From the NCBI GenBank assembly GCA_017609885.1, contig JAFCDB010000013.1, forward strand, positions 1 to 52,880: a DNA stretch of 52,880 bases, written 5' to 3'. The translations under genes and the position numbers were made by a program. Source of the DNA: Candidatus Pacearchaeota archaeon. Lineage in GTDB: Archaea > Nanobdellota > Nanobdellia > Pacearchaeales > GW2011-AR1. Positions 1 to 9,595 of the stretch are shown in pieces (position 1 is the first letter of the stretch; every line of letters starts with the position of its first letter). The notes beneath the pieces were generated by a model. It was not told the DNA's origin. It made no database searches and saw only the letters and a list, made by a program, of their open reading frames with translations.

Positions 1-302
1 TATCAAACATTATTTCCAAGAAGTATATCATGAAATTTTGTTGCATATAATTAAAAGAAAAATAAAAGACAAAAAAAGTCATTTGTCTAATTAAGAAAGT
101 TTTGGAAAATGGAGGGGGAGGGGAGGGGCGGTTTCGCGAGAAAGATTCTCTGCGGGAAATTAGTTAATATGTGCAACAATATTAATTGATTATCTCCTAA
201 AAAATTCCTGAGCGACAAGGAGATTTTTTAGATAAGAGGTGATGGCGGTTGATTCTGAGCTTTAACAAATTTTATAAACTAATCTTTTGTGTTTATTTTA
301 TT

Positions 303-375
303 GGGGCTATGGTCTAGTCTGGCATGATCCGAGCTTTGGGAGTTCGTGACCCAGGTTCAAATCCTGGTGGCCCCA
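303..375 (+). tRNA. tRNA-Pro(TGG)
   Basis: Cloverleaf: GGGGCTA/TGGCCCC acceptor, CGAGC-TT-TGG-GA-GTTCG anticodon arm, CCAGG-TTCAAAT-CCTGG T arm. Confidence 0.95.
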
Positions 376-444
376 TTTTTTTATTAGAAATTATTGCACT
401 GAAAACTTTAAATAATCCATTGTATAACTTTATACAATTGTAAA

Positions 445-705
445 ATGGAAATAAAAATATTACATTATCCAAAATTAGATTCTATCTTAATGGTTGAAAA
501 GGCAATTCAAAATAGTGAAGACTATCCCACTCGAATGGAATTGTGGAAAAGTTTGCCTAAGCAAATGCAGTATCAAACATTTAAATTAATTTTAGATTAT
601 CTTGAGAGGTCAAATAAGATAATGTTTGAAGAAGATAAGATAGTTTGGATTTTTGCAAATAGCAGGAAACTTAATATGCTGATTAACGAGGCTGTTAGAG
701 TTTAG
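445..705 (+). CDS. Small hypothetical protein, possibly winged-helix / antitoxin-like
   Basis: 86-aa ORF with ATG; palindrome ATTGTATAA-CT-TTATACAAT directly upstream suggests autoregulation; followed by a toxin-like ORF. Confidence 0.6.
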   Translation: MEIKILHYPKLDSILMVEKAIQNSEDYPTRMELWKSLPKQMQYQTFKLILDYLERSNKIMFEEDKIVWIFANSRKLNMLINEAVRV

Positions 706-1062
706 ATTAAAGAGTTTGTTACAAAATTAAGTGGAAGTTTATTTCACGCAAAAGTTGAAATAGAAAGAGAGTTGAGAGAGGGAAATAAATCCAACGAGAG
801 ATTATATTTATTAATCTTGAAAGCAATTGATTTTCTTAAGGTTGGAAGGAGAGGAGATCCAATATCAAAGAAACTTCTAATTTACAAATATTTCGAAAAT
901 AAATATGGAATTACAAATTTATTTTTAATTAAATCGAGCAGAGAAGCAAGAGCATTTCATACAAATACTTCTCAAAATAAATTTAAGATTTTGCAGATTA
1001 TTTTAGAAGTTTATGAGAGGCATAAAAATTACGAGAAAGTTGGAGGATACAATGAACATTGA
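706..1062 (+). pseudogene. RelE/ParE-like toxin-type ORF lacking a canonical start (ATT at 706)
   Basis: Frame is open from 706 (IKEFVTKLSGSLFHAKVEIERELREG...) into the tracked 772-1062 ORF; basic protein with 'GDPI..K..YGITNLF...R' pattern reminiscent of RelE-fold proteins. Confidence 0.4.
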
Positions 1063-1133
1063 TAGAAATATTCCTTTTTGACAGAATCTCCCCAAATCCC
1101 AAAATTTAAAAACCCTCCACTCAATAAAATATC

Positions 1134-1355
1134 ATGGCGCGCACAAAAAAAGTTAAAGCTTCAGGAAAGCACAAAGTCGGCTATGGAACAAACGTCAGAA
1201 AGAAATTTGTAGCTGTAGAATCAAAGCAGAGGAAAAAGCAAACTTGTCCTTTTTGCAAGAAGCTTGGAGTGAAACGGAAATCAGCTGGAATTTGGAATTG
1301 CAAAAAGTGCAAAAAGACTTTCGCAGGCAGGGCCTATTATTTAGACAATGAATAA
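1134..1355 (+). CDS. rpl37ae: 50S ribosomal protein L37ae (eL43)
   Basis: RTKKV..G...YG..RK, CPFC...GIWNCKKC zinc ribbon; conserved L37ae-RpoP-prefoldin order. Confidence 0.95.
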   Translation: MARTKKVKASGKHKVGYGTNVRKKFVAVESKQRKKQTCPFCKKLGVKRKSAGIWNCKKCKKTFAGRAYYLDNE

Positions 1356-1390
1356 ATTTAAATAACCTCAAAATCAGATAATAATATAAA

Positions 1391-1528
1391 ATGGCAGAAT
1401 ACAAATGTTTCAAATGCGGAAAATCAATTTCATCAAAGAAGTTAGGAAAAAGATTCACATGTCCTGGTTGTAACTATAAAATATTTTTCAAGCCGAGGTC
1501 GGCAGTTGTTAAAATAAAGGCAGATTAA
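1391..1528 (+). CDS. rpoP: DNA-directed RNA polymerase subunit P (Rpo12)
   Basis: Read manually (below ORF-track cutoff): MAEYKCFKCGKSISSKKLGKRFTCPGCNYKIFFKPRSAVVKIKAD; C4 zinc ribbon and synteny. Confidence 0.92.
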   Translation: MAEYKCFKCGKSISSKKLGKRFTCPGCNYKIFFKPRSAVVKIKAD

Positions 1529-1529
1529 A

Positions 1530-1853
1530 ATGGATGAAGAAATGAATAAACGGGTTCAGAATTTACAGGCACTTGAGCAGGACTTTCAGCAGATTATGAT
1601 GCAAAAGCAGACACTCCAGGTTGAAGCAAATGAAATTAATACAGCATTTGAAGAAATAAGCAAAACAAAAGGAGATGTGTTCAGAGTTTTAGGAAGTATT
1701 ATGTTAAAAGCCAAACCAATAGAGCTGAAAAAAGAGCTCAAGGAAAAAAAAGAATTTTTAGATAAAAGATTAAAAGCAATTGAACAGCAAGAACTTTCTT
1801 ATCGGGAAAATATTGAAAGAATCAGAAATGAATTAATTAGCAAGATGAAATAA
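1530..1853 (+). CDS. pfdB: Prefoldin subunit beta
   Basis: Coiled coil - 'VFRVLGSIMLK' hairpin - coiled coil; synteny after rpoP. Confidence 0.9.
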   Translation: MDEEMNKRVQNLQALEQDFQQIMMQKQTLQVEANEINTAFEEISKTKGDVFRVLGSIMLKAKPIELKKELKEKKEFLDKRLKAIEQQELSYRENIERIRNELISKMK

Positions 1854-1891
1854 TTAGGTAGTTTTTTATATCTATTTAAATTATTAATCCT

Positions 1892-3235
1892 ATGAAAAAA
1901 ATAAAAAGAGAAAATAAATTAAAGACACTTTCAATATTAATTTTTATAATTTCAATAATTTTCCTAATAAGTTTTTTTTCAATTTCAAGGGGAAATAGCT
2001 ACAAGGGAGAAATTCACCAAGTTCCGGAATCATCAATAGAATTTCTTTATGACTTGACTTATAAAGATGAGAATGGAATCATTGTTTATGAGCAGGAAAT
2101 TTTTGATAGGATTTTTGAAATAATTGACAGTGCAGAAAATTTCATAATTGCGGACTTTTTTTTATTCAAAAGTTCAGAAAAGCAAGTTCACAGAAATCTC
2201 GCAGAAGAACTTACAAGCCATTTAATTAATAAGAAAAAACAAAATCCTAAAATGCCAATTTATTTTACAACTGATTATCTTAATGAAATGAATTTTGATA
2301 ATAGGCACCTGGAAAGATTAAAACAAGAGGGGATAATTGTCAAGTATTATTCTCCTCATAAGACTAAGAATTTTGATGAAGAAACTTGGGTAAATTCCTT
2401 CTGGAAATTATTCAGGGGTAGATTAAATCACCGAAAATTGATAATTGCAGACAGCAAGGATAAAATAGTATCTTTGATTACTTCAGCAAATCCTCATGAT
2501 GAAAGCAGTGCACATTCAAATGTGGCAGTTTATATTGAAGAAAAAATCTGGAAAGATATTTATGATTTTGAAAATGGACTTGGATTAATTGATGAAAAAG
2601 AATTTGAAGGATTTTTTGAAAATGTTTCTGAATCCCAATCTGGAAATATTTCAGTGCAATTTTTGGCAGATAATGCGCTTGTTAACTCCTTTATGAGTGA
2701 AATCGATAATACTGAAAAAGGAGAATCTATAGAAATTATGGTTTTTTATTTGTCGTCTAAAAAGATAATTGGGAAGTTAATTTCTGCGTCTGAAAGAGGT
2801 GTTGATATAAAAATTGTGTTAGACCAAAGCATAAACGCTTTTGGAAAGAAAAAGAACGGAATTCCAAATAAACCTGTTGCGGAAATAATCACTCAAAAAA
2901 GTAAGGGGAAAATTCCTATTCGATGGTATGATTCGCACGGAGAACAATTCCATGTTAAAATGACCATTATTAAAAAGAAAAATAATCAGTCAATTGTTTT
3001 TTTAGGTGCATCTCATTTAGTCAACTATGAAGTTATCAATTATAATTCGCAGGCAGATGTGAAAATTGTTGCAGATAGAAATTCAAAGTTAATAAAAGAA
3101 ACTGAAGGATTTTTTGAGAGGATTTGGGAAAATAAAGCAGGAAAATATACTGTTGAATATGAAGAGTTTAGGGATAATTCTGTTTTGAAAAGATTGTGGT
3201 ATGAAATATGGGAGATTTTGAAATTGATTTTTTGA
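1892..3235 (+). CDS. Membrane-anchored phospholipase D superfamily protein
   Basis: N-terminal TM helix; HRKLIIAD...SAN motif and a second, variant HVKMTIIK...GASH motif. Confidence 0.85.
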   Translation: MKKIKRENKLKTLSILIFIISIIFLISFFSISRGNSYKGEIHQVPESSIEFLYDLTYKDENGIIVYEQEIFDRIFEIIDSAENFIIADFFLFKSSEKQVHRNLAEELTSHLINKKKQNPKMPIYFTTDYLNEMNFDNRHLERLKQEGIIVKYYSPHKTKNFDEETWVNSFWKLFRGRLNHRKLIIADSKDKIVSLITSANPHDESSAHSNVAVYIEEKIWKDIYDFENGLGLIDEKEFEGFFENVSESQSGNISVQFLADNALVNSFMSEIDNTEKGESIEIMVFYLSSKKIIGKLISASERGVDIKIVLDQSINAFGKKKNGIPNKPVAEIITQKSKGKIPIRWYDSHGEQFHVKMTIIKKKNNQSIVFLGASHLVNYEVINYNSQADVKIVADRNSKLIKETEGFFERIWENKAGKYTVEYEEFRDNSVLKRLWYEIWEILKLIF

Positions 3236-3296
3236 TGTATTGAAATGACTTTCTGACTATAGAAATCTTTATAAAGATTTCAAGTTTACTTCTATC

Positions 3297-3683
3297 ATGG
3301 TGTTTGATAAATTAAAAAAAGCATTTGGTGAGGGCGAAGATTCAGAAGATTATATTGAACTTGATTTAGGGCAGGAACAGAAAAAAGCAAAGGTAAATGT
3401 GCGCCCGTTTGTTTTAAGAAAATTCGACGATGTTAATGAAATCTTGAATTCTCTAAGAGAAGGCTACACAATCGCAGTTATTGATATAAAAGATTTGAGA
3501 AAGAAAGATGTTATTGAGTTGAAAAGGGCGGTTAGTAAAATTAAGAAAACAACTGAGGCACTTGAAGGGAGCATCACTGGTTTTGGGGAAAATATTGTGA
3601 TTGCAACTCCTCAATTTGCTGAGATTAATCTTAATCCTGTGGGGGTTAGTGAAAGTTCGCAGGAAGGGATTGGGACTTATTAA
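3297..3683 (+). CDS. sepF: Cell division protein SepF
   Basis: Archaeal SepF pattern: 'DYIEL', 'L..FDDV..IL..LREG.I..IDI', 'ELKRAV..IKK....G.I.G.G...VI.TP'. Confidence 0.9.
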   Translation: MVFDKLKKAFGEGEDSEDYIELDLGQEQKKAKVNVRPFVLRKFDDVNEILNSLREGYTIAVIDIKDLRKKDVIELKRAVSKIKKTTEALEGSITGFGENIVIATPQFAEINLNPVGVSESSQEGIGTY

Positions 3684-3723
3684 GTATCTATAACTATATA
3701 AAATTTATATTCTTTAATTTTTT

Positions 3724-4150
3724 ATGAGTGAGAGATTTAATACCTTTATTAATATAATGGGGGATTGGAGCTTCGTTACTTGCATTACTGATTCCTTTAG
3801 TAATTTTTTTCTATACAGCTCCTAATGAAATAAAAAATCAGACATTAATAATTTTGGGCATAATTTTGTTTGCGTTAGTTATCTTATCAATAATTTATCT
3901 ATTATGGTCAAGATATAGAAAGTTAATTAGAAGTGTTAGTCGAACTGATAATAAAATTTTAGAAATGGAAAAAGATTTAAAGCTTAATGAACTACTAAAT
4001 AACATGGATAAGAGGTTATCAATTCTTGAGGCAGTTTTTCTTATAAAGAAGAATAAAAAGGGAATGGAGTTTGATCCAAGAATACTTATGATTATTATAT
4101 TATTGATATTGTTGTATTTGTTTTTGAAATCTGCAGGATATTTGCCGTGA
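3724..4150 (+). CDS. Small membrane protein, apparently frameshifted at G5 run 3759-3763
   Basis: ATG 3724 (MSERFNTFINIM) joins the TM-rich frame (GIGASLLALLIPLVIFF...GIILFALV...) if one G is removed. Confidence 0.5.
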
Positions 4151-4459
4151 TTATTCACAATCTTCAGGACAATTACATTCACTTTCCCAATCTTCACAGT
4201 TATTATTACCACAATCTGTGCATATACTTGCTCCTCCCTCGAGAAGATTACACTTCCTATCAAATGAGTTCTTAGAAGCTACTTCTGTTAAACCCTCACA
4301 ACATTCTCTAATTGTAGTCGAAGGATTAGATGCTGCAACTTCTCCTTCTTTTGCACAAGTTAAGGAACCTTGAGTTGCAATTTGAAAAAATGCATAAACT
4401 CCAAAACCTATAATTAAAATTGCAACGATTATAATGCCTATAATCAATCCTCTTTTCAT
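4151..4459 (-). CDS. Small membrane-anchored Cys-rich protein
   Basis: MKRG + hydrophobic helix; C-terminal CG...C...E...NCPEDC disulfide module. Confidence 0.75.
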   Translation of the reverse strand: MKRGLIIGIIIVAILIIGFGVYAFFQIATQGSLTCAKEGEVAASNPSTTIRECCEGLTEVASKNSFDRKCNLLEGGASICTDCGNNNCEDWESECNCPEDCE

Positions 4460-4492
4460 AAAACTATATGGAAATTATTTATATATACCTTT

Positions 4493-4861
4493 CTATTTAA
4501 CACTTGCAACAGAAAAAACCGTCTTCAGCGCAACTATAATTGTTGCAGGAATAAACATTGTGAGCAAAGCATTAAGTATTGTTACAATTAAAATCCCAAC
4601 ATCGCCGACAAGAATCAATCTTTGCTGCCCCATTGAGCTGACTATCACAAGGGAAACTGTTGCGAGCAAGAAAGTCATTGACTCTTTTGCATCATTGCCG
4701 ACACTTACTATTCCAATTATTGTCCCTAATATAGCTAAGGTGAGATAAATCCATTGGTTATATGAAATTAAAACTGTTTTTTGGAAAACACCGAAAGCTA
4801 CAGCTACAATTACCCCTAAAAGAACAGCCCACGCACCCCATAAATTTTCCCGCGATTTCAT
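4493..4861 (-). CDS. Hypothetical membrane protein (about 4 TM)
   Basis: 122 aa, four hydrophobic segments, ATG start with upstream TATA-like element. Confidence 0.75.
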   Translation of the reverse strand: MKSRENLWGAWAVLLGVIVAVAFGVFQKTVLISYNQWIYLTLAILGTIIGIVSVGNDAKESMTFLLATVSLVIVSSMGQQRLILVGDVGILIVTILNALLTMFIPATIIVALKTVFSVASVK

Positions 4862-4949
4862 ATTAAATATAGAATAAAGAAGATTATAAAGTTTGTGATG
4901 ATTTTTGATTTGTGAAAAAGTTTATATAGAATGTTTTTTTAATTGTTTT

Positions 4950-6909
4950 ATGAAAAGAGGTTTAGTAATTGGGGTTTTGTTTTTTGTTTTAGCTATGTCT
5001 CTCTCTCTCTCTCTCTCGTTTCTGCAGCTTGGTGGAATCCGTTTGATTGGTTTGAACCGCAGTTGAGTCCAGGAGATTGTGTTGATAGTGATGGGGGGAA
5101 AAACTATGATGAAGTTGGTATAGCAACCGGAGATTTTAATGGAGAATATGGAGATTATTATGATAGTTGCGGATACCCTGGTCCAAGATATATTTTGAAA
5201 GAATATTATTGTGGAATTGATGGGAATGTAGAAATAGAATATAAATATGACTGCCTTAATGGATGTTCTGCTGGGAAATGTTTACCCTCTGAATGTGAAA
5301 TTGATTCTGATTGTGATGATGGAAAAGAATATTCAATAGATACCTGTGATAATAAACATCAATGCAAATATGATCCTTATCCCCCAATCTGTACAGATTC
5401 AGACGGAGGAACAGCGTTAGGTGTTAAAGGATTTATTCAAGAAACTTATACAACTGTTCTTGGTGTTGATTACCAAAGAAATGGAACAGATTCTTGTTCT
5501 GAAACAAAAATTTTAGAAGAACATGATTGTGATGATCCTGGCTCAGCACATAATCCAAAGCAATACTATTGCAAAAATGGTTGTTTAGAGGGAGCTTGTC
5601 AAGGAACTTTTTCAAATTGTAATCCTGGACAAAAATGTGCATCAACAAACAAACTAGTGTTCCTATCTGGAAATTGTGAAATTGATTATCAGGAAACCAG
5701 GAATTGTAGATATGGTTGTTCAAATGATAAATGTAAATCAGCTTGGGGAATTGAGGTATTGAGATTTATAATGCTAGATCCCGCCGAGATCCCTTATAAT
5801 CATATTATATTAGATAATAGCTCTGTGATGTTTAATGTTACCTTAAAGAACAACGCAAATAGGAGACTAACAAACATTCCAATAACAGTTGACGATAACA
5901 AAGGGTGGAAACAAACAAAAGATATTGATTTCGAAATTGGAGAAGAAAAATCAATCATATTTGAGTTCACTACCTCAGAAAATCAAATATTAAATAATCC
6001 CCACATATTCAATGTATCTTCTGGAAATGAGGGAGATACTTCAATATCTGTCAATTATGATTATTATCTAATAGTTTTAGATAATAATACGCTTTTAGAT
6101 TTATCTCAAGGAGAAGAAAAGCAAGTAATTGTTGGAGAAGAAGAGTATAATGTTTCTATTGCCTACATGGATCCTTCGAGACTTAAATTATATATAAATG
6201 AGGAAGTTGTTTCCTCTTCTAGGGGCAGTTACAATAGATTCCCAAATGGAGGATACTTGGGAGTTTTTGACATCATCTTTCTAGATTATCCTGGAGGACT
6301 TCGACAAGCAACATTCGCACTCGCACCCCCAGGAATAAATGCAACTTGCGAAGACACAGATGATGGAAAAAATTATTCTGTTCCTGGACAAACTTGCTTT
6401 GGGGTTCAATGCGAACAAGATTATTGTATTGAAGGTTGGAGAGATTTAGTGGAATATTATTGTGAGGGAGATGAAATTAAATCTGAGATTATTGAATGCA
6501 CTCCAGAACTTGGAGGCGAGGATTGTATAGATGCTATGTGTACTAATGTTGCTCCTGTACCTCCATGTGATGTCTGTAAAATAGGAACTAAAATTTGTGT
6601 TGATGAAAATTCTTATGAGGAATGCATTTCTCAGGGTGAGTGTTCACATTATGGTGAAACTCAAATGTGTGATGAAGGATCTCTCTGTGAAGACGGAGAA
6701 TGCATCCCAGAAAACGCCTGCACCCAAGTCGGAAAAAGAAAATCAGGAGAATATTGTTCATCTGAAAGAATTTGGGTTGAACAAAAAACCATTGATGAAA
6801 TTTGCCAAAGAGATTTTGAATGTCAGGATTTTGGTATGTTCTCGGAGCACTACTTACTGTCTTAATTGTTTTGTTAGTTGTATTGGGAATTACAATGAAA
6901 AAGAAATAA
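4950..6909 (+). pseudogene. Large Cys-rich surface protein (C.DSDGG repeats + Ig/CARDB-like domain), currently frameshifted at both ends
   Basis: Body 5018-6865 has three C.D[ST]D[GD]G...EYYC-type repeats; the signal peptide from ATG 4950 is out of frame at (TC)10; the TM anchor GFWYVLGALLTVLIVLLVVLGITMKKK* (6826-6909) lies in another frame. Confidence 0.7.
4998..5017 (+). repeat. (TC)10 dinucleotide microsatellite inside signal-peptide coding region
   Basis: TCTCTCTCTCTCTCTCTCTC seen directly. Confidence 0.95.
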
Positions 6910-6947
6910 TTTTTGGGAATAGGAAGTTTTATGAGTGATGCTTCTTT

Positions 6948-7184
6948 ATGATAATTATGAAAAAAACAAAAGTAAAAGAGATATTTGGAAAATTGAAATT
7001 GGAAAGTAAAAAAACAACTGAAGAGGCTATAAAGGAGATAGATGAAGGATCATTATCTGAAGAAGAACATGATAAGAAGTTTGAATTAAGACCTGAATTC
7101 ATTGAAAGATTAGAAAGAATAGAGAAAGGAAAGTTCTTTGAATTTAAAAATATAGAAGAATTAAGAAAATCTATCGAGGGATAA
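6948..7184 (+). CDS. Small charged hypothetical protein, antitoxin-like
   Basis: 78 aa, 'ELRPEFIERLERIEKGKF...IEELRK' pattern typical of small archaeal antitoxin-like proteins; no toxin follows. Confidence 0.5.
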   Translation: MIIMKKTKVKEIFGKLKLESKKTTEEAIKEIDEGSLSEEEHDKKFELRPEFIERLERIEKGKFFEFKNIEELRKSIEG

Positions 7185-7355
7185 ATTTCCCAGGATTTTT
7201 TTAAAGCAATCGCCCAATTTCCTAAATTCCCAAAATTTCCTATTTTCCAAAATTTCCCAAATTTTTAATTTATCTTCGACAAAACTAATTTTAATTTCAA
7301 ATTTTTTTGAATTAATCGAAAAGTTTATAAACCGCTGTAACTGAAAAATTACAAC

Positions 7356-8951
7356 ATGAAATCAAAAACTCTTATGTTTGGATTTTTCGCATTGTTCTTG
7401 ATTGCACTTGTAGCAGCAAGTTTCACAGCAACTCCTTCAACTTTGACTTTCCATCCAGGAGATGCTTCTCACACATTCACAATTACTAACACTGACGAGT
7501 TGACACTTTTAGATATTAGTCCACTTGCACTTTCAATTGAAGGTGAGGACAGCTACATTGTAGCATTTGATTTTACCGGAGATTTAACAGGAATACCTCA
7601 TACAACTCCAAGTGTTATCACAGTAACCCCTTCAACTGAGATCGACTTTTCAAATTTCAATTTAGGAGAAACATATTCTGAAGAACTATTAATAGAAGGA
7701 AATGGAGAAAACCAAACAATGACAATTGCAATTGAAAGAGATTATTGCGAAATTGGAGAAGTAGGAGATTTAAATATTAGAAGAGTAGAATTTGATAACA
7801 AGGGAAAATTTGGAGATGATGATGAATGGTACATGTTTGAAGAAATTGAAGTTGAAATTAAAATTGAAAACAACGGAGACGAAGATATTGATGATGTAGT
7901 TGTTGAATGGGGGTTGTATAATAAGAGAACAAAAGAATTTATAATTGATGATGATGAAAATGATTTTAACCTTGATAAAGATGATGATGAAACAATAACA
8001 TTCTCTTTTGAAATTGACCCAGATGATTTTGAGGAAGATGATGATGAAAATGATTTTGTTTTTTATGTAAAGGCATACAGTGATGATGAAGGAGAAGAAA
8101 ACCAGTGTGTTTCACAAATTGAGAATATTAAAATAATGAGGGACGACAATTTTGTTGTCATAGGAGATATTGACTTTCCGGAAATTGTTCCGTGCGACGA
8201 ACCATTTGAAGTAACTGCAGAAATCTGGAATATTGGAGATGATGATGAAAAAGATATTTATGTTATTGTAAAAAATGACGAGTTAAGTATTCATGAAAAA
8301 ATTCAAGTAGATGATTTAGATATTTTTGATGACGATAAAATTTCATTTGAGTTGACAATTCCTGAAGATGCAGAAGAAAAAACTTATGGATTAATATTCG
8401 AAGTTTATGATGATAACAATCATATTTTTGAAAATGATGATAATGATGAAGCAATTTTCACAGAATTATTTGAAGTTAGTGGAGGATGTAAAATTCCTTC
8501 ATCTGTTGATATTGATGCTTCACTTGAATCAGACGCTGTTGCAGGAAAAGAGACAATTGTTAAAATTATATTGACAAACACCGGAAGCGAACAAACAACT
8601 TATCAAATTTTAGTTTTAGATTATAATGACTGGGCTGAATTAGATTCAATCGAACCTAACTTTATAAGTATTGATGGAGGAGATAGTAGCGAAGTTATAG
8701 TAACTTTAACTCCAAATAAAGATTCTGAAGGAGACAGAGAATTCACAGTTAAAACTCTTTTCGACGAAAATACTGACGAACAAAGAATTAGTGTTCCTGT
8801 TGAAGCATCTCAAGGATTTTTTCCTTCAATAACAGGATTTTCAATTGTAGAAAATATAAAAGACAACTGGTTCATCTGGTTAGTTGGTTTGTTAAATGTG
8901 GTTTTGGTTATTTTAATTGTTGTGATTGCTGTTAAAATTGCGAGGAGATGA
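7356..8951 (+). CDS. Putative S-layer-associated surface protein with Ig-like domains and C-terminal TM anchor
   Basis: Signal peptide, very acidic beta-rich repeats (I.N.G...E.D), C-terminal ITGF...TM...KIARR. Confidence 0.8.
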   Translation: MKSKTLMFGFFALFLIALVAASFTATPSTLTFHPGDASHTFTITNTDELTLLDISPLALSIEGEDSYIVAFDFTGDLTGIPHTTPSVITVTPSTEIDFSNFNLGETYSEELLIEGNGENQTMTIAIERDYCEIGEVGDLNIRRVEFDNKGKFGDDDEWYMFEEIEVEIKIENNGDEDIDDVVVEWGLYNKRTKEFIIDDDENDFNLDKDDDETITFSFEIDPDDFEEDDDENDFVFYVKAYSDDEGEENQCVSQIENIKIMRDDNFVVIGDIDFPEIVPCDEPFEVTAEIWNIGDDDEKDIYVIVKNDELSIHEKIQVDDLDIFDDDKISFELTIPEDAEEKTYGLIFEVYDDNNHIFENDDNDEAIFTELFEVSGGCKIPSSVDIDASLESDAVAGKETIVKIILTNTGSEQTTYQILVLDYNDWAELDSIEPNFISIDGGDSSEVIVTLTPNKDSEGDREFTVKTLFDENTDEQRISVPVEASQGFFPSITGFSIVENIKDNWFIWLVGLLNVVLVILIVVIAVKIARR

Positions 8952-9379
8952 AAGATTGTGAAAATTTCTGAGACAAAAGCTTATACAAGTTAAGTTCTGC
9001 TACTAGAGAACACTGTGATAGTGTGTTGGGAAACAACTTTCAGATTATGTGCAAGTAAGGAGGCGTTCAGGGTCATAATTTGAATCGTTTATATTTAGAG
9101 GTTCCAGCAAGAAACTGAAGTTGTGACAGATCTTAGAAGAACTCCGATGACTGGGGAATACTTTTAGATCAAGTAATTTTTATATTGATGCGGTTGCAAT
9201 AGTTCCTAAAGAAATGGCAAAATTTGCATATTTAGAAAAAAACTGAAAATCTGCGGAATTTAAATTTTTTAGGAAGAGAAGATACTCCTGAATCGGCTTT
9301 TAGCACGATTCTCAGCAGAAAATACTACAAATCTCTGAAACAATATTTATTTTAATTAACAACATAATTATCCAAATCT

Positions 9380-9560
9380 AAGAAAACCAAATCTGCAAAT
9401 CGTTATCGAATTTTATTGATTAACTAATTCCCTGAAAAAAATCTCCGAGCCCGAGGACAAGCGATTTGACGAGTGGGAATCAAAAGGGTGAAAAAGGCGA
9501 GTCAGGTCACGAGGTTTTATTTCCCTTCATCAAAATCTCTTCCCCAATTTCCCCTTCCCC
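9380..9560. repeat. Member of modular intergenic repeat family (also ~130-170, 18900-19290, 45082-45185)
   Basis: Shared blocks AAGAAAACCAAATCTRCAAATC, ACGAGTGG, AAAGGCGAGTCAGG. Confidence 0.75.
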
Positions 9561-9595
9561 CAAAATTCTTAAACCTCTTCTTCCTTCTTAATTCA

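Noticed and set aside
703-705. Genome-wide TAG recoding / pyrrolysine
   Set aside because: Conserved genes have no internal TAG, other ORFs end at TAG normally, and no pyl genes are seen.
8955-9246. Possible degraded gene after the S-layer-like ORF (similar fragments at ~41840-41979 and ~50340-50475)
   Set aside because: Coding-like stretches with stops but no recognisable family; cannot be supported.
9473-9595. 5' extension of the sortase ORF from GTG 9473
   Set aside because: It translates an intergenic repeat and C-rich promoter tract; ATG 9596 follows a TATA-like element.
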